IMG/VR virus record: IMGVR_UViG_3300009826_000019
Location: 1-43,940 of that record
Source of the DNA: a virus
Taxonomy: Duplodnaviria; Heunggongvirae; Uroviricota; Caudoviricetes
DNA: 43,940 nucleotides
Reading direction: 5' to 3' (one strand)
Shown: positions 43,494-43,940 of the stretch, in pieces
Layout: each line of letters starts with the position of its first letter
Numbering within the stretch: position 1 is the stretch's first letter
Notes under the pieces: generated by a model
The model's input: the letters and a program-made list of their open reading frames with translations, nothing else
Database searches by the model: none
Told to the model about the DNA's origin: nothing
Position numbers and translations under genes: made by a program

Positions 43494-43542
43494 CATTTTA
43501 CTTTTATATTTGATAGTATAACAATATAAATAATAAAACAAT

Positions 43543-43863
43543 ATGAATGAATTGGTAGAGGCGGCTTTTGTTAGACACGCGCAACAAATTAGTGTTTTAC
43601 GTTGGCATGAGCGTTTTGTAAGTCGTGAAACGGTTTTAGATTTTAGGAATAGGGTTGTTTCGGATTACATAAATAACCCCGATGGTACGATTGAAGTTTT
43701 ACGTGTTAAGGGTGGTTTTATCAGTTCCGAAATAGGTTGTTTTGACTATGAGGATGACCAACTATTATCTTTTGAATGGGATAAAAGTGGGGAGTTGGTA
43801 AGGGTACATGACCCTTTAAATAGTGAGTGCGATGCAAATTGTTTTCTTTGTAATTTTCAATAA
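43543..43863 (+). CDS. Hypothetical cassette protein
   Basis: Element 43484 upstream. Confidence 0.75.
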   Translation: MNELVEAAFVRHAQQISVLRWHERFVSRETVLDFRNRVVSDYINNPDGTIEVLRVKGGFISSEIGCFDYEDDQLLSFEWDKSGELVRVHDPLNSECDANCFLCNFQ

Positions 43864-43940
43864 GGTTTGAAATGGTAAGAGCAGGAAAAAGGGATTACGG
43901 TTTTTTGTGGGGTATGGCTTCGGCTAACCCCTCGAAGTTA

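Larger units (their letters stand above)
32014..43520. promoter_or_regulatory. Repeated promoter element NNATCG-GA(A/T)TA..-N17-TATATT-N5/6-TATAA, 26 copies
   Basis: Position of the A of ATCGG. Minus: 32053, 32371, 32817. Plus: 32908, 33214, 33486, 33867, 34467, 34815, 35221, 35474, 35689, 36170, 37143, 37599, 37960, 38269, 38833, 39738, 39952, 40764, 41200, 41366, 41903, 42631, 43484. The ATCG-to-TATATT spacer is 17 nt in all except 34815 (16 nt). Confidence 0.92.

Noticed and set aside
32014-43520. CRISPR array interpretation of the ATCGGAATAA repeats
   Set aside because: Spacing is irregular (~165-1000 bp), the intervals are ORFs, the repeats are degenerate with promoter geometry, and there are no cas genes.
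2529-43541. Numerous 60-175-aa antisense or alternate-frame ORFs in the track (e.g. 2529, 5076, 16900, 23802, 25167, 38710, 42651)
   Set aside because: They lie wholly within better-supported genes or across promoter elements and have no motifs; expected by chance.
31824-43940. Classical integron (attC) array
   Set aside because: No GTTRRRY/RYYYAAC-bounded imperfect hairpins recognised, no integrase in the window, and the cassettes carry their own promoters.
1-43940. Stop-codon reassignment as in Lak or some crAss-like phages
   Set aside because: Long ORFs are intact under the standard code, and TAG/TGA end genes at clear cassette boundaries (e.g. 32362, 39950, 41364, 42553).

Overview
43.9-kb, AT-rich segment of a large tailed dsDNA phage genome, probably a jumbo myovirus-type phage. 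The host is most likely Bacteroidota: there is a TTTG-N20-TAnnTTTG promoter, A-rich SD-less leaders, a GIN-domain gene, an RprY-like wHTH and Bacteroidota-style signal peptides. There are three zones. (1) 1-14.3 kb: virion/lysis genes, mostly on the minus strand (spanin-like pair, 1854-aa protein with a C-terminal M15-type peptidase, LysM/gp53-like protein, ~1600-aa protein with an OmpA-like domain, lipoprotein, methyltransferase-like gene). (2) 14.4-31.2 kb: a tightly coupled plus-strand run of accessory genes (Thg1, ClpX without Zn-binding domain, RpiB fusion, ECF sigma factor, HAD hydrolase, many small hypotheticals) with a complete CAT-anticodon tRNA nested in-frame inside an ORF. (3) 31.6-43.9 kb: a divergent array of short single-gene cassettes. 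Nearly every cassette has its own copy of a fixed-geometry element, NNATCG-N17-TATATT (26 copies here, 31 in the window). It is interleaved with terminators, six perfect TACTCAAATGAGTA palindromes, clusters of TGTTAAAATA boxes, one ORF-less cassette that looks like a structured ncRNA, two very acidic DNA-mimic candidates and an orphan winged-helix regulator. The left edge of zone 3 has a G-quadruplex-like C-tract and an apparent GC-skew reversal. All counts and coordinates were done by eye; family calls come from recognisable motifs, not database searches.
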